From Octopus sinensis (taxonomy: Eukaryota), in the NCBI RefSeq assembly GCF_006345805.1, contig NC_043016.1, positions 186,001 to 250,000 on the forward strand: 64,000 nt of DNA, given 5' to 3'. How positions within the stretch are numbered: the first letter of the stretch is position 1; every line of letters begins with the position of its first letter. Position numbers and translations under genes: made by a program. The notes beneath the pieces were generated by a model. That model worked only from the letters and a program-made list of their open reading frames with translations. It was not told the DNA's origin and ran no database searches. Shown one piece after another: positions 25,776 to 39,344 of the stretch.

Positions 25776-25992
25776 TTAACTCTTTAGCATTCAGATTACT
25801 TTATTAAATGTTTTGCTTATTTATTCACATTTTGTTAATTAATCCTGCATTATCTTGTAGCTTCATAATTTCAAATAACGTGCTTGTTTACTTTTAGATT
25901 AACATTGTAGGGTGGATGTAAGAGTTCAAATCTGGGTGGTCTGAACTTAAAATAGGTAGAATATTCTGGTTGGATATGGCTGGCTTAAATGT
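25776..25992. mobile_element. piggyBac-type MITE, family E, opposite orientation
   Basis: TTAACTCTTTAGCATTCAGATTAC start. Body is the reverse complement of the 15927 copy. Confidence 0.6.
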
Positions 25993-26429
25993 TATTCAAA
26001 TATATGCTACTGGTCACTTTGAGTTACTTTTCTTTATTCATTTCTTTTCCTTTTTTTTTGTTGTTGTTTAGCTTATCCACAATTACTTGTGCCATGACTG
26101 TTTTCAACTCTCAGTCCTATGACCACTGGGGATAATGTTGGACAGCTGTCATGCAGTATAGAGCCAGAAACATGTAAATGACTGCCCTCTTATCTGCGCC
26201 TAGCTGTTGGGGGCGCTTGTCTCCCCTTCGTAAATATAAGGACACAGGAAATGTGTCAAAGCTGACAGGAAGTGTCGATGCTTCCTAGGGCTAAATAGCA
26301 GTGGTATGATTCCCTTTACGGGACTGTCACGTTAAGTTGACAGTATACAACCGCTCTATTGTTCCACCACCGCTCATATCTCTCTGAGATATTTAGAAAT
26401 TTAATATTTCTAATAAACATGTCCTTTAC

Positions 26430-26529
26430 CTTAAAAGCATGGCAGTTCTGGAAAATTCTTGAATCTTGGGATTATCTTCTCCACTTCAGTGGAGGTGTAT
26501 GAATTGACATTTGGTAATTAAGATAAATC
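26430..26529 (-). other. Candidate exon ending with GCC-ATG CTT TTA AG (possible start-codon exon)
   Basis: Acceptor TTTCTGCTTCTATAG, donor AAG|GTAAAG. Phase-compatible with 21883-21966. Confidence 0.3.
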
Positions 26530-26620
26530 CTATAGAAGCAGAAATCATTTTAACAAATCAAAAATTTATGGGGTATGGTATTTTATCTGCCTGTATTTGA
26601 CTGTTATAAAAAATGTCTAA

Positions 26621-26826
26621 CTCTTTTACTTGTTTCAGTCATTTTGACTGTGGCCATGCTGGAGCACCGCCTTTTGTCGACCAAATCGACCCCAGGACTT
26701 ATTCTTTGTAAGCCCAGTACTTATTTTATCGGTCTTTTGCTGAACCACTAAATGATGGGGACGTAAACACACCAGCATCGGTTGTCAAGCAATGCTAGGG
26801 GGACAAACACAGACACACAAAAACAT

Positions 26827-26857
<31 letters not shown>

Positions 26858-27178
26858 CATACAGTATTTAATCATATCAAAGGGAAATGGAAATTAATTA
26901 AAATTTACATTTCCAGTGGTCTAACGTGTAAAAACATTTAGTCATAAAGGCTATATATTAGTCATACGATATAGTGTATATTTAAACACATAAGGAATCC
27001 ACTTTGTATATATACATATATACGACGGGCTTCTTTCAGTTTCTGCCTACCAAATCCACTCACAAGGCTTTGATTGGCCCGAGGCTACAGTAGAAGACAC
27101 TTGCCCAAGATACCACGTGGGGGGACTGAACCCGGAACCATGTGGTTGGTAAACAAGCTACTTACCACACAGCCACTC
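26621..27178 (-). mobile_element. SINE family B split by an internal microsatellite and AT-rich insert
   Basis: Tail at 26621-26820, head at 27020-27178. Confidence 0.75.
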
Positions 27179-27565
27179 GTCTATTGGTTAGGGTGTTTCA
27201 GTCACAACTGTGGGATCAAAATTTCAATTCCCAAACTGGGCAGAGTATTTCGTTTATGAGAAAAAACACTTCATTCCACAATTTTAATTCCTTCAGCTGT
27301 AAATGAACAAACCTGTAATGGATTTGCTTACAGGGGTGAGATGGTGACCCAGGAAAATCATTTGATCAGAGGTCTTGTGGACCATGTTTTTTTGTATTAA
27401 GTGATTGAAAGGTTACCCTGAATCCTAATTGTTCGGAATGGGGTTGTGGATCCATGTTGAAGGCTGAATGATCAGCTAAGATTTGAGGGAGATCTGACTA
27501 CAATTTCCTGGAAGTCAGAACCACATATGATACTCATTCTTTTATTTCGTTTTCAAATGGTGGTG

Positions 27566-27605
<40 letters not shown>

Positions 27606-27771
27606 TGGTGGTAGTAGTTTCGTTGTATTATTGCAGCTAAAGAATGGCATTTAGGTCACAAATGAGAAGAGGAACCTGGCATTTAATTGAAGTCATAAAC
27701 AGTCGTTATTTGATCCAGCAGAAGAAGAGGCAGCAACAGAAGACAAACAAGAGCTAACTTAAAATTATTGG

Positions 27772-27809
<38 letters not shown>

Positions 27810-27818
27810 GAGAGGGAG

Positions 27819-27898
<80 letters not shown>

Positions 27899-28893
27899 GA
27901 TAGATAGATAGATAGTAAAAGAGAGATAGGTAGAGACAGACAGATAGAACAATAGATATACAGATACATACAGAGAGATAAAAAGAGGGAGGGAGAGAGA
28001 GAGAGAGAAGATTAGTTGATAGATAGAGAGAGACAGATAGATAGATAGCTAACTAGATAGATAGATAGATAGATAGAGATAGATAAATAGATAGATAGGA
28101 GAGAGAGAAAGAGGGAGAGAAAGAGAAATAGGAGGAGAGAAAGAGAAAAATAGGAGAGAGACAGAGACGGAATCGAAGTAACAAAGTGGGGGTTGTAGTG
28201 GTGGTAGTTAGTGGTGGTAGCGCTGGTAATGTGATAAGACGGAGATGTTACAAAAGGGCAAACAGTAAACTGTTTGTTTATTTATCTTGTTTTTCAGAAT
28301 TATCTCCATGTTTGCAGCTTGTTTTCTTTTGTTTTGGTTTGATTTACTTTGGCTGCGTGGTAAGAAGTTTTGTTTTCAAGCCACACAGTTCTTGAGGATT
28401 CTGGTTCTGGGTTCAGTTCCTGTGTGTGTGTGTGGCACCTTGTGCTAATGACTTCTGCTTTGGGTAGCCCGAAGCCTTGTGAGTGGATCTGGTAGGTGGA
28501 AAGTGAAAGAATCCTGCTATATATGGTGTTTTATGTATATGTGTATGTATGTATGTGTGTGTATATATATATACACACACACATATATATATATATGTTT
28601 ATATATGTATATACATGTATATATATATGTATACATATCCCTCTCTCTCTATCGGAGACACACTGATCACTTACACGCACATATACACACACGGCAGTAA
28701 CTTCCACCTACCGAATTCAATCACAAAGCTCCGGTCGGCTTGGGGCTATAGTGGAAGACACCAACCCAAAGTGCCATGCAGTGGGACTGAACCTGAAACC
28801 ATGTAGCTAGGAAGCAAGCTCCCTCACCACACAGCCATGCTCGCACCTACAAGCCATGCCCATGCCTACAAGCCATGCCCGCGCCTATATATA

Positions 28894-28924
<31 letters not shown>

Positions 28925-29041
28925 GTATGTAAATGGAAAATGGTAGTTAAATGATGATGATATATGTATATAAACATGTGTGCTTACATATGTATATACG
29001 TGTGTGTATGTATGTATGTATGTATGCATGTATGTATGTAG

Positions 29042-29085
<44 letters not shown>

Positions 29086-29185
29086 TACACACATACATAT
29101 TTATACACACACACATATAATATATAATAATCATATATATATATATACACACACACACATATATATATATATGCACACATATATA

Positions 29186-29224
<39 letters not shown>

Positions 29225-29236
29225 CATATAAATGCG

Positions 29237-29460
29237 ATACCGCTTGGCTGACTGGTTTGCAGAGCACCTCCAACACATAAAACTTGGCAACGAGACCCTG
29301 GTCTCGAGCCCCTTCTGCTCTACTGGTCATTCAATACACCATCTGTCTGCATTCAGACTGTCTCTAGAATCCTCGTGAATCCAGCCTTTGCCATAAACAA
29401 GAGTTAATCATGTCTCTTCATTCCTTTGTCCCACATGGGCCCAACTCACTATTTCTCTTC
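29237..29460 (+). mobile_element. PLE GIY-YIG C-terminal remnant
   Basis: RLADWFAEHLQHIKLGN..FCSTGHS..HLS. Same nucleotide family as 34000-34330. Confidence 0.65.
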
Positions 29461-30169
29461 ATCTGGCATCAATACCACACGGATTACCACATATCTCCCG
29501 CACTCAACTGCTTCCTTCCACCTACACACATGCATACCTACCTTAGTACCCTCACCACACACACACACCACTATACAAGCACCCATACGCACTGTTCAAC
29601 TCATTACTCACTTCACACACCCACAAACACCTTCCCACTCCAAACACACACCAAATATTTCTTAACGCCCATACCACACACCATTATCCACACACACCCA
29701 TACTCAATCTTCAATAGTGTCACTATATATACCACAATACAAACAGCCCTACACACTGCTTAACTCACTACATACACCACACACCATCATGCACGCCCCC
29801 ACATCCACACACGCACAAAATACCTGAGCACAGAGAATATATGCATACACACACACATGACACACATAAATACATGCAACATGCATAAACACAGATAACT
29901 TTTGCCCACAAACATACATTATACAGAAGCACACACCACCTGAACAAGCACATATCAACTGCAACACACATGCACACGTTAGCCCTACACATATACATGC
30001 GTCCATACGCATACTCATACATATACACATGTCCATATGCACACACACACACTCACCCACGCATACGTGCTCACATACTCACCCCCATTTACACATACAC
30101 CCTCTCACACACCATTCTCACATACACACACATGCTTCTGCACCTTAGTTCACAGGGGGTCACCATTGC

Positions 30170-30186
30170 CATTATTATTATTATTA

Positions 30187-30269
<83 letters not shown>

Positions 30270-30300
30270 GCTATTAATATTATTGCTATTAATATTATTA
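30170..30300. repeat. (ATT)n microsatellite, also at 30455-30590 and 41815-42010
   Basis: Direct reading. Confidence 0.95.
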
Positions 30301-30560
30301 TTCCTTCATAACACAGTGTAGGTAAAAAAGCACTGGAGTTTTTAGTCATTTATCAAGTCACAGCAAGGCCCTCAGACAGATAATACTGTCTTGCATGGTA
30401 TTTCCAGTTGCCTTAAGAAGTTTTGCCTTAAGAAGTTGCCTTAAGAAGTTGTTGTCATTATTATTATTATTACTATTATTATCATCATCATCATCATCAT
30501 AATCATCATCATCATCATCATCATCATCATTATTATTATTATTATTATTTTATTATTATA

Positions 30561-30593
<33 letters not shown>

Positions 30594-31345
30594 CTCCCTT
30601 CCATTAAGCCTCTTTTTTTCCCAGTCATCTTGCCATGTTGCACTGTTGAACACTGCACATTTTTTCTGTCTCTGTTTTTTTCATTCTCTCTGTCCATTTT
30701 TTCCCCTCTTCATCCTTTCTTTTGAAGAGCTTAGGCTCAAACTGTAAAAGACCTATCCATTCTTCCTGAGCATTAAACTAATACACCTGTTTGTTGTTCT
30801 TACACCTGTATTTGTCTTTTGTTTTCTGTAAATTTGAACTATATATACATATATATATATATTGCACCAAAGAGAATACTTTTTTCTTAATGTAACTATC
30901 ATGGAACAGTACATTATACATACACACACACATATATAAATATATACATAGGTATAATATATGTATATATGCATATGTATATATGTATCTTCATTATCAT
31001 TATCATCACTGTCGTCAACATCATCATCATCATCATCATCACCATCATCATTACCATCATCATTGTTATTTAACATCCTCCTTCCATGCTGGTATCGGTT
31101 GGAAAGTTTCACTGGAGCTATCAAGTCAAAAGATCACCAAATTTCTACTGTCTGATTTGGCATGGTTTTTACAACTGGATACTCTTCCTAATGCCAACCA
31201 ATTTAAGGAGTGTGTATTATATACATATGTATATATATATATATACACACACACATATACATATATATACACATATATGTATGCATATATATATATATAT
31301 CTTTGTATACATTATGTATATATGCATATATATATATGTATGTAT

Positions 31346-31632
31346 GGAGGCGCAATGACCCAGTGGTTAGGGCAGTGGACTCGCGGTTGTAGGATCGTGG
31401 TTTCGATTCTCAGACTGAGCGTTGTGAGTGTTTATTGAGCGAAAACACCTAAAGCTCCACAAGGCTTTGGCAGGGGGTTGTGGCATCCCTGCTGTACTCT
31501 TTTGCCACAACTTTCTCTCGCTCTTTCTTCTGTTGGCCTGCTCATTTGAAGGCTAAAACAATGCGAAGCACATTGTGACCAGCGATGTGTAGCAACATCT
31601 GATAGCCTGGTTGGTCATGGTGATCATGGTGA
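31346..31632 (+). mobile_element. tRNA-derived SINE, family F
   Basis: GGAGGCGCAATGACCCAGTGGTTAGG..GTTTCGATTCTC. Body is shared with 43095-43373. Confidence 0.65.
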
Positions 31633-32070
31633 TATGTATGTATATATATATATATATATGTATGTATATATGTATTTTCAAAAATCAATATCATAATCAC
31701 ATTGTCCACTTTTGAAAAATCTTTAAAAGGCATGTAACATCACTGGCTCAATTTATATGGAGGCTCAAGGATACGAAGTCAATATATGACCTGACCTGGC
31801 TTATAATCAGACATGCAAGTCTCTACAACACGTTATCCCAGAAATGTCAGCCATGTTCTGAAGAGCCACTCTCAAGATTGTTAACAAATGGGCACATTAT
31901 AAATAGATTTACGGAACAATTACATGCAGCTAAACACACATGCACAAATTACAATCTTAACCATACCTAACTAATGTAAACCTAACGCCCACACCTCGGA
32001 TGTATCTACCTGACTTAAAAAGAACAGTCTCAGAATATCATGTACTTAGACATATAACTTTACAATCTAG

Positions 32071-32129
<59 letters not shown>

Positions 32130-32204
32130 TATGTATCTATATATGTATATATGAGTTTACGTTTGTGTATGCATATATAATATATAAATATGTTAATATA
32201 CATA

Positions 32205-32620
32205 GATATCATCATCATCATCATCGTTAAACGTCCGCTTTCCATGCTAGCATGGGTTGGACGGTTCAACTGGGGTCTGGGGAGCCCGAAGGCTGCACCA
32301 GGCAGTCAGTCAGATCTGGCATGGTTCTACAGCTGGATGCCCTTCCTAACGCCAACCACTCCGAGAGTGTAGTGGGTGATTTTATGTGCCACCGACACTG
32401 GTGCCAGATGAGGCTGGCGAACGGCCACGATCGGATGGTGTTTTTTATGTGCCACCGACACAGGTGCCAGACGAGGCTGGCGAACGGCCACGATTGGATG
32501 GTGTTTGTTACGTGCCCACAGTACGGAGGCCAGTCGATGCGGTACTAGCTACGGCCAGGTTCGGATGGGTTTTCTTATGTGCCACCGGCACTGGTACCAC
32601 AAAGATACAAATTCCATTGA
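32205..32620 (-). mobile_element. RTE 3'UTR copy with 63-bp tandem units
   Basis: TTTATGTGCCACCGACAC at 32381 and 32444 (period 63). Confidence 0.7.
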
Positions 32621-33303
32621 TGTTCATCTATTTTGATTTGGTTTGATTTGATGTATGTATATATGTATATATATATATATATATAAGTATGCATAAAATG
32701 AGTGAGTGTATGTGTGCTTCGCTTTGCATTACGTGTGTATATGGGTTTAAGTATGTATCGATATGCATATTTATATATATCAATGTATGTATATGTATGT
32801 GTATATGCATATATGTACCTAAATATAGGATTTTTTTGTATATATATGTATGTTCAAATATGTATATGTGTATACGTATATCTATGTATATGTATACATG
32901 TATATGTATGTGTGTATATATATATGAATGTATATGTATGTATGTGTATATGTAAGTGTATGCATGTATGTAAATGTATGCATGTGTGTATATGCACAAG
33001 CACGATAATACTTGTTAAATTATTAATCTTCCTTTCACCTATTGTCTTTTTTCCTCTAAGCAGTGACGACAGCGAAAGCTGATTACGTCATTTTATCTAA
33101 ACTGGAACGAAAGTTTTCCACGTTCATATTTGAATTTTTTTGCATTTCTACAATACTTTTCACTTTTATTCTTTCTCGAACTGGATGGTCATATTACAAC
33201 TTCCAAATAAAATCAGCCAGTGATGTTACATGCCTTTTTAAGGATTTTTTGAAAGCTGGCAATGTATATAATATATGTAATATATATATATTATATTATA
33301 TAT

Positions 33304-33342
<39 letters not shown>

Positions 33343-33999
33343 GAGAATTTACTGCAAACAAAAGATGAAGACAGGTGTATGAATTACAAAATTACAAGCA
33401 CAGGTGTATAGTTTGACGCTAGAGAAAATGAGAAAGTCTTTTATGTTTCAAGCTTATGCCTTTCAACAGAAAGGAATAAGAAAAATAAACAGAGTAAAAA
33501 AATTGTGGATTAGCAATCAAACATGGCAATTGGTCGGGAAAAAAGTTTGACAGGTGAGGTAGAAATAAGAGGAGATAATAAACTATCGGTGATCCCAAAA
33601 CGAAGGTCTGCATGTGTGTGTGTGCATGTGAATAGGGGCTAGTGACTTTGACATGTGGATGTGTGCGTAAGTGTTCGTGTCTGTAATGCGTAGGTGTGTG
33701 GATGATGGGTTGTGGGTGTGCAGATGATGGTGTATGGTGTGGGTGCTGGGAAGTGGTCAGTGCTAGTGTGTGTGGAGTGGTGTGGGGTGCTATGGTGTGA
33801 GGTGTGGGTGGAGGGTATATGGGAATGGGGTGTGGGTATTGGGTGGGGGTAGGGTATATGGGAATGGGGTGTGGGTGGAGGGGGTATCAATGAAGAGAGA
33901 AGGTGGGTAGAAGTGAAGAGAGGAAGTGGGTGACAGAGAGGAGAGGTGTGTAGGAGTGAAGAAAGGAAGTAGGTATCAGATGAAGAGAGGAGGAGAGTC

Positions 34000-34330
34000 A
34001 GATGAAGAGAGGAGGGGAGTTGAGCTCATATGGTGCAAAGGAGCGAAGAGAGAAGATTAGTTCTTGTTCACAGTGAAGGGAGGAGTCTGGATGGCCCCTC
34101 TGCAAAGACAATCTGAACACAGATATTGTAGTGAATGACCAGTAGAGCAGAAATGGCATGAGATTGGAGTGTCATTGCCAAGTCTTGGAAGGGCTCCATG
34201 AACTGGTCAGCCAAATGGTGTCTTGTTTGACCTATGTACAGAGAAGGGCAGAATAAGCAGGAGATACAGTAAATGACATTGCTAGAAGTGCAAGTAAAGG
34301 AGTCAGTGATATGATCGGGATGATGATGGC
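34000..34330 (-). mobile_element. PLE GIY-YIG fragment
   Basis: FTCTSSNVIYCISCLFCPSLYIGQT and EQELIFSL..P..LN. Confidence 0.85.
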
Positions 34331-34614
34331 TGGTGTGAGGACGGTGGTGTTGAAGAAGTAGGGGCAAGTGCAGCAGCATGGACAGGAGCAGGGGAACGAG
34401 CCAGGCTGGGAGGTGGGGTTAGGGAAGAAACTGACACCATGTAAAAAGCACCCAGTACACACTATAAATTTGTGGGTATTATGAAGGGCATCCATAGAAA
34501 CCATGCCAAAATAGACAATTGGAGCCTGGTGCAGCTGTCCAGCTTGCCAGCTCCCCTGTCAAACCATTCAACAAATGACAGAACGGAAAACACACATTAA
34601 ATGATAATGATAAT

Positions 34615-34646
<32 letters not shown>

Positions 34647-34667
34647 TATATAAATATATATCATCAT

Positions 34668-34970
34668 CATCATCATCATCACTGTTTAACGTCCGCTTTC
34701 CATGCTAGAATGGGTTGGACGATTTGACTGAGGTCTGGCGAACCAGAAGGCTGCACCAGACTCCAATCTGATCTGGCAGAATTTCTATGGCATGATGCCC
34801 TTCCTAACGCCAGCTACTCTGGGAGTGTGATGGGTGTTTTTATGTGCCACTGGCACGAGGGTCAGTCAGACAATACTGGCAGCAGCCACGCTCAAAGGGT
34901 GCTTTTTTTGTGCCACCTGCACAGGAACCAGTCCAGCAGCACTGGCAACGATCTCGTTCAAATGTTTTTT
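34668..34970 (-). mobile_element. RTE 3'UTR copy
   Basis: Same family consensus. An opposite-orientation partial copy lies at ~34430-34600. Confidence 0.65.
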
Positions 34971-36619
34971 CCATCAGGATATATATATATATATATGTAT
35001 ATATAATAATTATTTGAGGGAATATTAATCCTAACTTACAGGGAAAAATTCAATTTAGAAATACTAAATCAAATTTCACACAATAGAATATATATATATA
35101 AAAATTAGAAAAAAAACACCTTAAATATAGCCACGAAACACATGTCTACCAATTATATACATTTTAATTTTTTTTTTGCAATTTACTTAATCATCAGTAT
35201 ATTATTGTTATTTTAATTTTTATATTTCTAATATATGTAATTTTCTAGATGGTTTAATTTAATTGTTCATTTTGAATTGATAAAAGGTGTTTTTTTCTAA
35301 TTTATATATATATACATACATATACATGCATGTATACATATGTATATCTACATTTCAGGAGAATGGGATGCATAGCCTCCCTTATAGAATTTGAGTTTAA
35401 TATATTTCATCTGAAGAATACCAGCTAGATGGTCACATAACTTAAAATCACAATGTTGCTTGGTTACTCAAAGCTAGACAACATTGCTACTGTCTAATGT
35501 CTTATAACCACAAACTCCAGGTCACAGTCCCCAAACCCAAGATCACAAACCAGATCAAGCTGAAATATGTGAATATTTGTCAGTTATGTTTTATAGGTTA
35601 ACTAATTCAAGATATGAAAATCTCGGATGACCCAATTGATAAGGCATTAATTAACCAAATGAGGCACCAACAGCTTGCAGATTATCACTTGGGCTCAACA
35701 ATATGTGTGTTTGTGTGGACATAGCCATAGTTTTGTGGTTAAGAAGTTTGCTTCTCATTAGTAAAAAAAACTCTAAAGAGAGCTGATCCACAGAGTGACT
35801 TCAGAGATGGAGCCTTTCTCATGCAAATGGTTCAGCCTTTAACTCCTTACATTCTAAGAGAGCCAAGCCACATTCAGGTCATTAATCATGGGTACCACTT
35901 TGCTTTCACATTCTGTGCCATTGTCTACACTGTAGGGGCAAGTGCAGCAGCATAGACAGGAGCAGGGGAACGAGCCAGGTTGAGAGGTGGGGTTAGGGAA
36001 GAAACTGTGCCAACACCATGTAAAAAGCACCCATGCCATCGCCTAGTAAAAAGCACCCAGTACACACTATAAATTTATGGGTATTATGAAGGGCATCCAT
36101 AGAAACCATGCCATAGAAACCATGAGCAGTTAAAGTGTCCCAGATCAAATGTATCTTGGGTGTTGTTACTAGTTCATTCAAAGACACCAGTTGATTGTAT
36201 GCTAAATGACACTCTTAGGAATTCATTTTCAATCCTCTTTGATCGGATCCAGATGGAACACTTCTCAGTTGCTTCTGTCATTATCTTAAGAGCTCAGGCT
36301 CTCTTTCTTACAGATATTGAGAACTGTTTCATAAGATCATATTCAGATTTGCCCAAAAATCCTCTCACACCCACCACTATGGCAAGGTTTTGGTTTGGGA
36401 ATCAGATTCTCTTAGTTGATAGCTACAAGGGGCATTCCAGAAGTTTTGAAACGTTTTTAGGAGATGTAGTTATAAGATTCTGAGATTATTTTAATTTTAG
36501 CATATTATTACTATGCATCTAATTAGCTGAGCTGAAAACTTTTGCTATTCCATTTTGAAGGAGATGACTGTAACAGCACTTTGAACACAACCTACTAAAC
36601 ACTGTTTGCCACAATTTTA

Positions 36620-36930
36620 TCCTGGTAATATATATGACTTCAATGAGATGGGCATCAAAGGTTTCCACTCTCTCGACAGTCCAGATCTTTCCCCTGTGAC
36701 TTTTGGTTGTACCACAAGCTGAAGGGGAACCTCAGGGGTAGTTGTTTTGAAGACATTGAGAAGATGAAGGCTGTGACAAGGATCCTGGACACCTACACAT
36801 TCGAGGACTTCCATAGGGCCTTTGCAAAGTGGTTGGAGTACAACAAGCATTTAAAGTCAGATGAGTGTCTTGTACATCTTTGAAATTTATAAATGTATTT
36901 CCTGGAAAAGCCTCAAAACTTCTTAGTCTT
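36620..36930 (+). mobile_element. Mariner transposase C-terminal remnant
   Basis: SPDL..DFWLYHKLKGNLRGSCFEDIEKMKAV..FAKW. Confidence 0.8.
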
Positions 36931-37059
36931 GTAGATGTAGTCTACACTCCATTCTGATGGGTGCTTTTACGTGCCACTGTCACACGGCCTCAGTGATGGT
37001 GGGTGGTCTTCCCATCTGTAACCTGGTGGGGCAGAATTTACTAAGGTCATGGTCATCGA

Positions 37060-37880
37060 ATAGTTATTGTCATAGCATAGTCTGGGAGGAGGCCCAGTTC
37101 CTAGTGTGACCTTACGGAATTCCACTTCACTTTCACCAGATTGCTTGAACATTTCTCCACAGCAAAATCTATGTCTATAGATGGGTAGAGTGAAATTACG
37201 TCCATACTACCCACTATACACCCTGTGATATCGTTGGTGTGGTTGCAAGTACTGATTTTACTGAGGAGATCTTCCGTACTCATACAGACATCTGGAGACA
37301 TCTCTTTTAGAGGTTGCAATACCTGTGAGAGGAAGTAGTTGCTGGAGATGTTTGCTCCACAAACAGGTCTGGTTGGGGGCCCTGTGATGGGGTTTACGTA
37401 GGGTTTGTGGTCTTTGCGTAACCCGTATAATGGAGGAACATCATTGTTGGATGCCTGGAAATTGTGTGCTGTCCTTTTTATAGGTTGGAGTATGTTGCAC
37501 CACATTCCCATGTGTGCATTGAGGGGTTTTTCCACTCTTTCATGTTCCTGTGGTGTAACTTCTCTCATGCTACTGATATGTTGTTGCATGGTCTGGACAT
37601 AGTTCTGTGGGCTGTCTATGACAGTCTGCCAGACTTGTCCAAAGGAGGCACAACTAATTCTCTGTTCTAATCCGCTCTGTTTTAGTTTTTTGTAGGCCTT
37701 TGTCAACAGATGAGCTGAGTGGTGGGTCCCTCCTCACTACTTTTTTAGTGGATTGTTGTATCGGTCTAAGATATGTCGGGGTCTATTTCTAGCTAAGGAG
37801 ATCTTTGCTTCTGTTTTACTGTCAATTTGGGGTGGGACACATAACCTTTTGTTAAAGGGTAAGTCTGTGGGGGATAGAAC
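37060..37880 (-). mobile_element. Penelope-like element RT N-terminal fragment
   Basis: ORF 37101-37706 contains PPLYGLRKDHK, TRPVCGA and GSMDVISLYPSID, which are PLE RT motifs. Confidence 0.85.
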
Positions 37881-37899
37881 CTCGTCATGTCATAAGATT

Positions 37900-38345
37900 T
37901 GTTGTTAGGGTTATAGAAGACAGAGTGTAGAGTGTTATTATCGTTGTGGTTGTTGTTATAGTTGATGGTATTGTTGTTGTTGTTGCTGGTAGTGGCGATG
38001 GCGGTAGTGGTGGTAGAGCTCGTGTTGTGCCTATTGTTATTGTTATGGGTGGCGTTGTTGGTAGTGGTGTGAATGATGTGGTTGTCATCGTTATCTGTGT
38101 GTAGGATGTTGTTGTTGTTATTGTTGCTGTTGTCATCGTTAATGTTGTTGTTATTATAATAGTTGTTTCTGTTTCGTACGCTTGTGTTGTTGTTGCTGTT
38201 GTTGTTATAGTTGTCTGAGTGTGGAATGTTGTGGTTGTCGTTGTTATTGTTGCTATTGCCACTATTGTTGTCATCAATTGTTATTGTTGTTTTGGTTTCG
38301 TATGTTTGTGTTGTTGTTGTTGTTATTGTTGTTGTTGTTGTTGTA
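37900..38345. repeat. Degenerate (GTT/ATT)n low-complexity tract
   Basis: Direct reading. Confidence 0.9.
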
Positions 38346-38539
38346 TTGTCCTAACCTCCATCTTAATTATAAGAAGGTGTTTTTTTCAATTTCAGACAGA
38401 CAATCAATTTTTCTGACCTTTTTATATGTAGCGAATTTTGGTGGTAACTCTAAAGCAAGCATTTCATCTGTATCTAGCTGTACTGCACCATATATTCCAG
38501 AGGTGTATTTGTTGTTGTTGTTGATGGTGGTATTGTTTT

Positions 38540-38935
38540 CCCTGGCAGAAACGTTAGCACGCCGGGCGAAATGCTAAGCAGTATTTCGTCTGCTGCTAAG
38601 TTCTGAGTTCAAATTCCGCCGAGGTCGACTTTGCCTTTCAACCTTTCGGGGTCGATAAATTAAGTACCAGTTATGCACTGGGGTCGATATAATCGACTTA
38701 ATCCGTTTGTCTGTCCTTGTTTGTCCCCTCTGTGTTTAGCCCCTTGTGGGTAGTAAAGAAATAGGTATCTCGTCTGCTGTTACGTTCTGGGTTCAATTTC
38801 CGCCATGGTCGACTTTGCCTTTCATCCTTTCGGGGGTCAATAAATTAAGTACCAGTTACGCACTGGAGTCGATGTAATCGACTTAATCCAGCTGTCTGTC
38901 CTTGTTTGTCCCCTCTGTGTTTAGCCCTTTGTGGG
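38540..38935 (+). mobile_element. SINE family A, tandem dimer
   Basis: A full copy is followed by a second unit that restarts at GGTATCTCGTCTG (38764). Confidence 0.8.
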
Positions 38936-38969
<34 letters not shown>

Positions 38970-39023
38970 CACACACACATATATCATCATCATCATCATT
39001 GTTTAACATCCGCCTCTTTCCTT

Positions 39024-39055
<32 letters not shown>

Positions 39056-39306
39056 GTATGTATATTGTATTCTTTTCTTCTTCAATTCTTTTACTTGTTT
39101 CAGTCATTTGACTGTGGCCATGCTGGAGAACACCTTTAGTCAAACAAATCAACCCCAGGACTTATCTTTGTAAGCCTTATACATATTCTATCAGTCTCTA
39201 TTGCCAAACTGCTACTTTAGGAAGTTAGGATAAATATAAATTCACCAACATTGGTTGTTAAGTGATGGTGGAGGGACAAGAGAATACTATATACATATAA
39301 ATATAT

Positions 39307-39344
<38 letters not shown>

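Noticed and set aside
26196-26220. CTCF-like GGGGGCGC motif, with another weak one near 54195
   Set aside because: Several mismatches to the core consensus. Cannot be supported without a PWM scan or ChIP data.
32380-32600. CRISPR-like regularly spaced repeats
   Set aside because: These are whole-unit tandem repeats inside an RTE 3'UTR, with no unique spacers or cas genes, in a eukaryotic context.
37885-38277. Thr-rich mucin-like ORF
   Set aside because: It coincides with a degenerate (GTT)n tract and has no splice or domain support.
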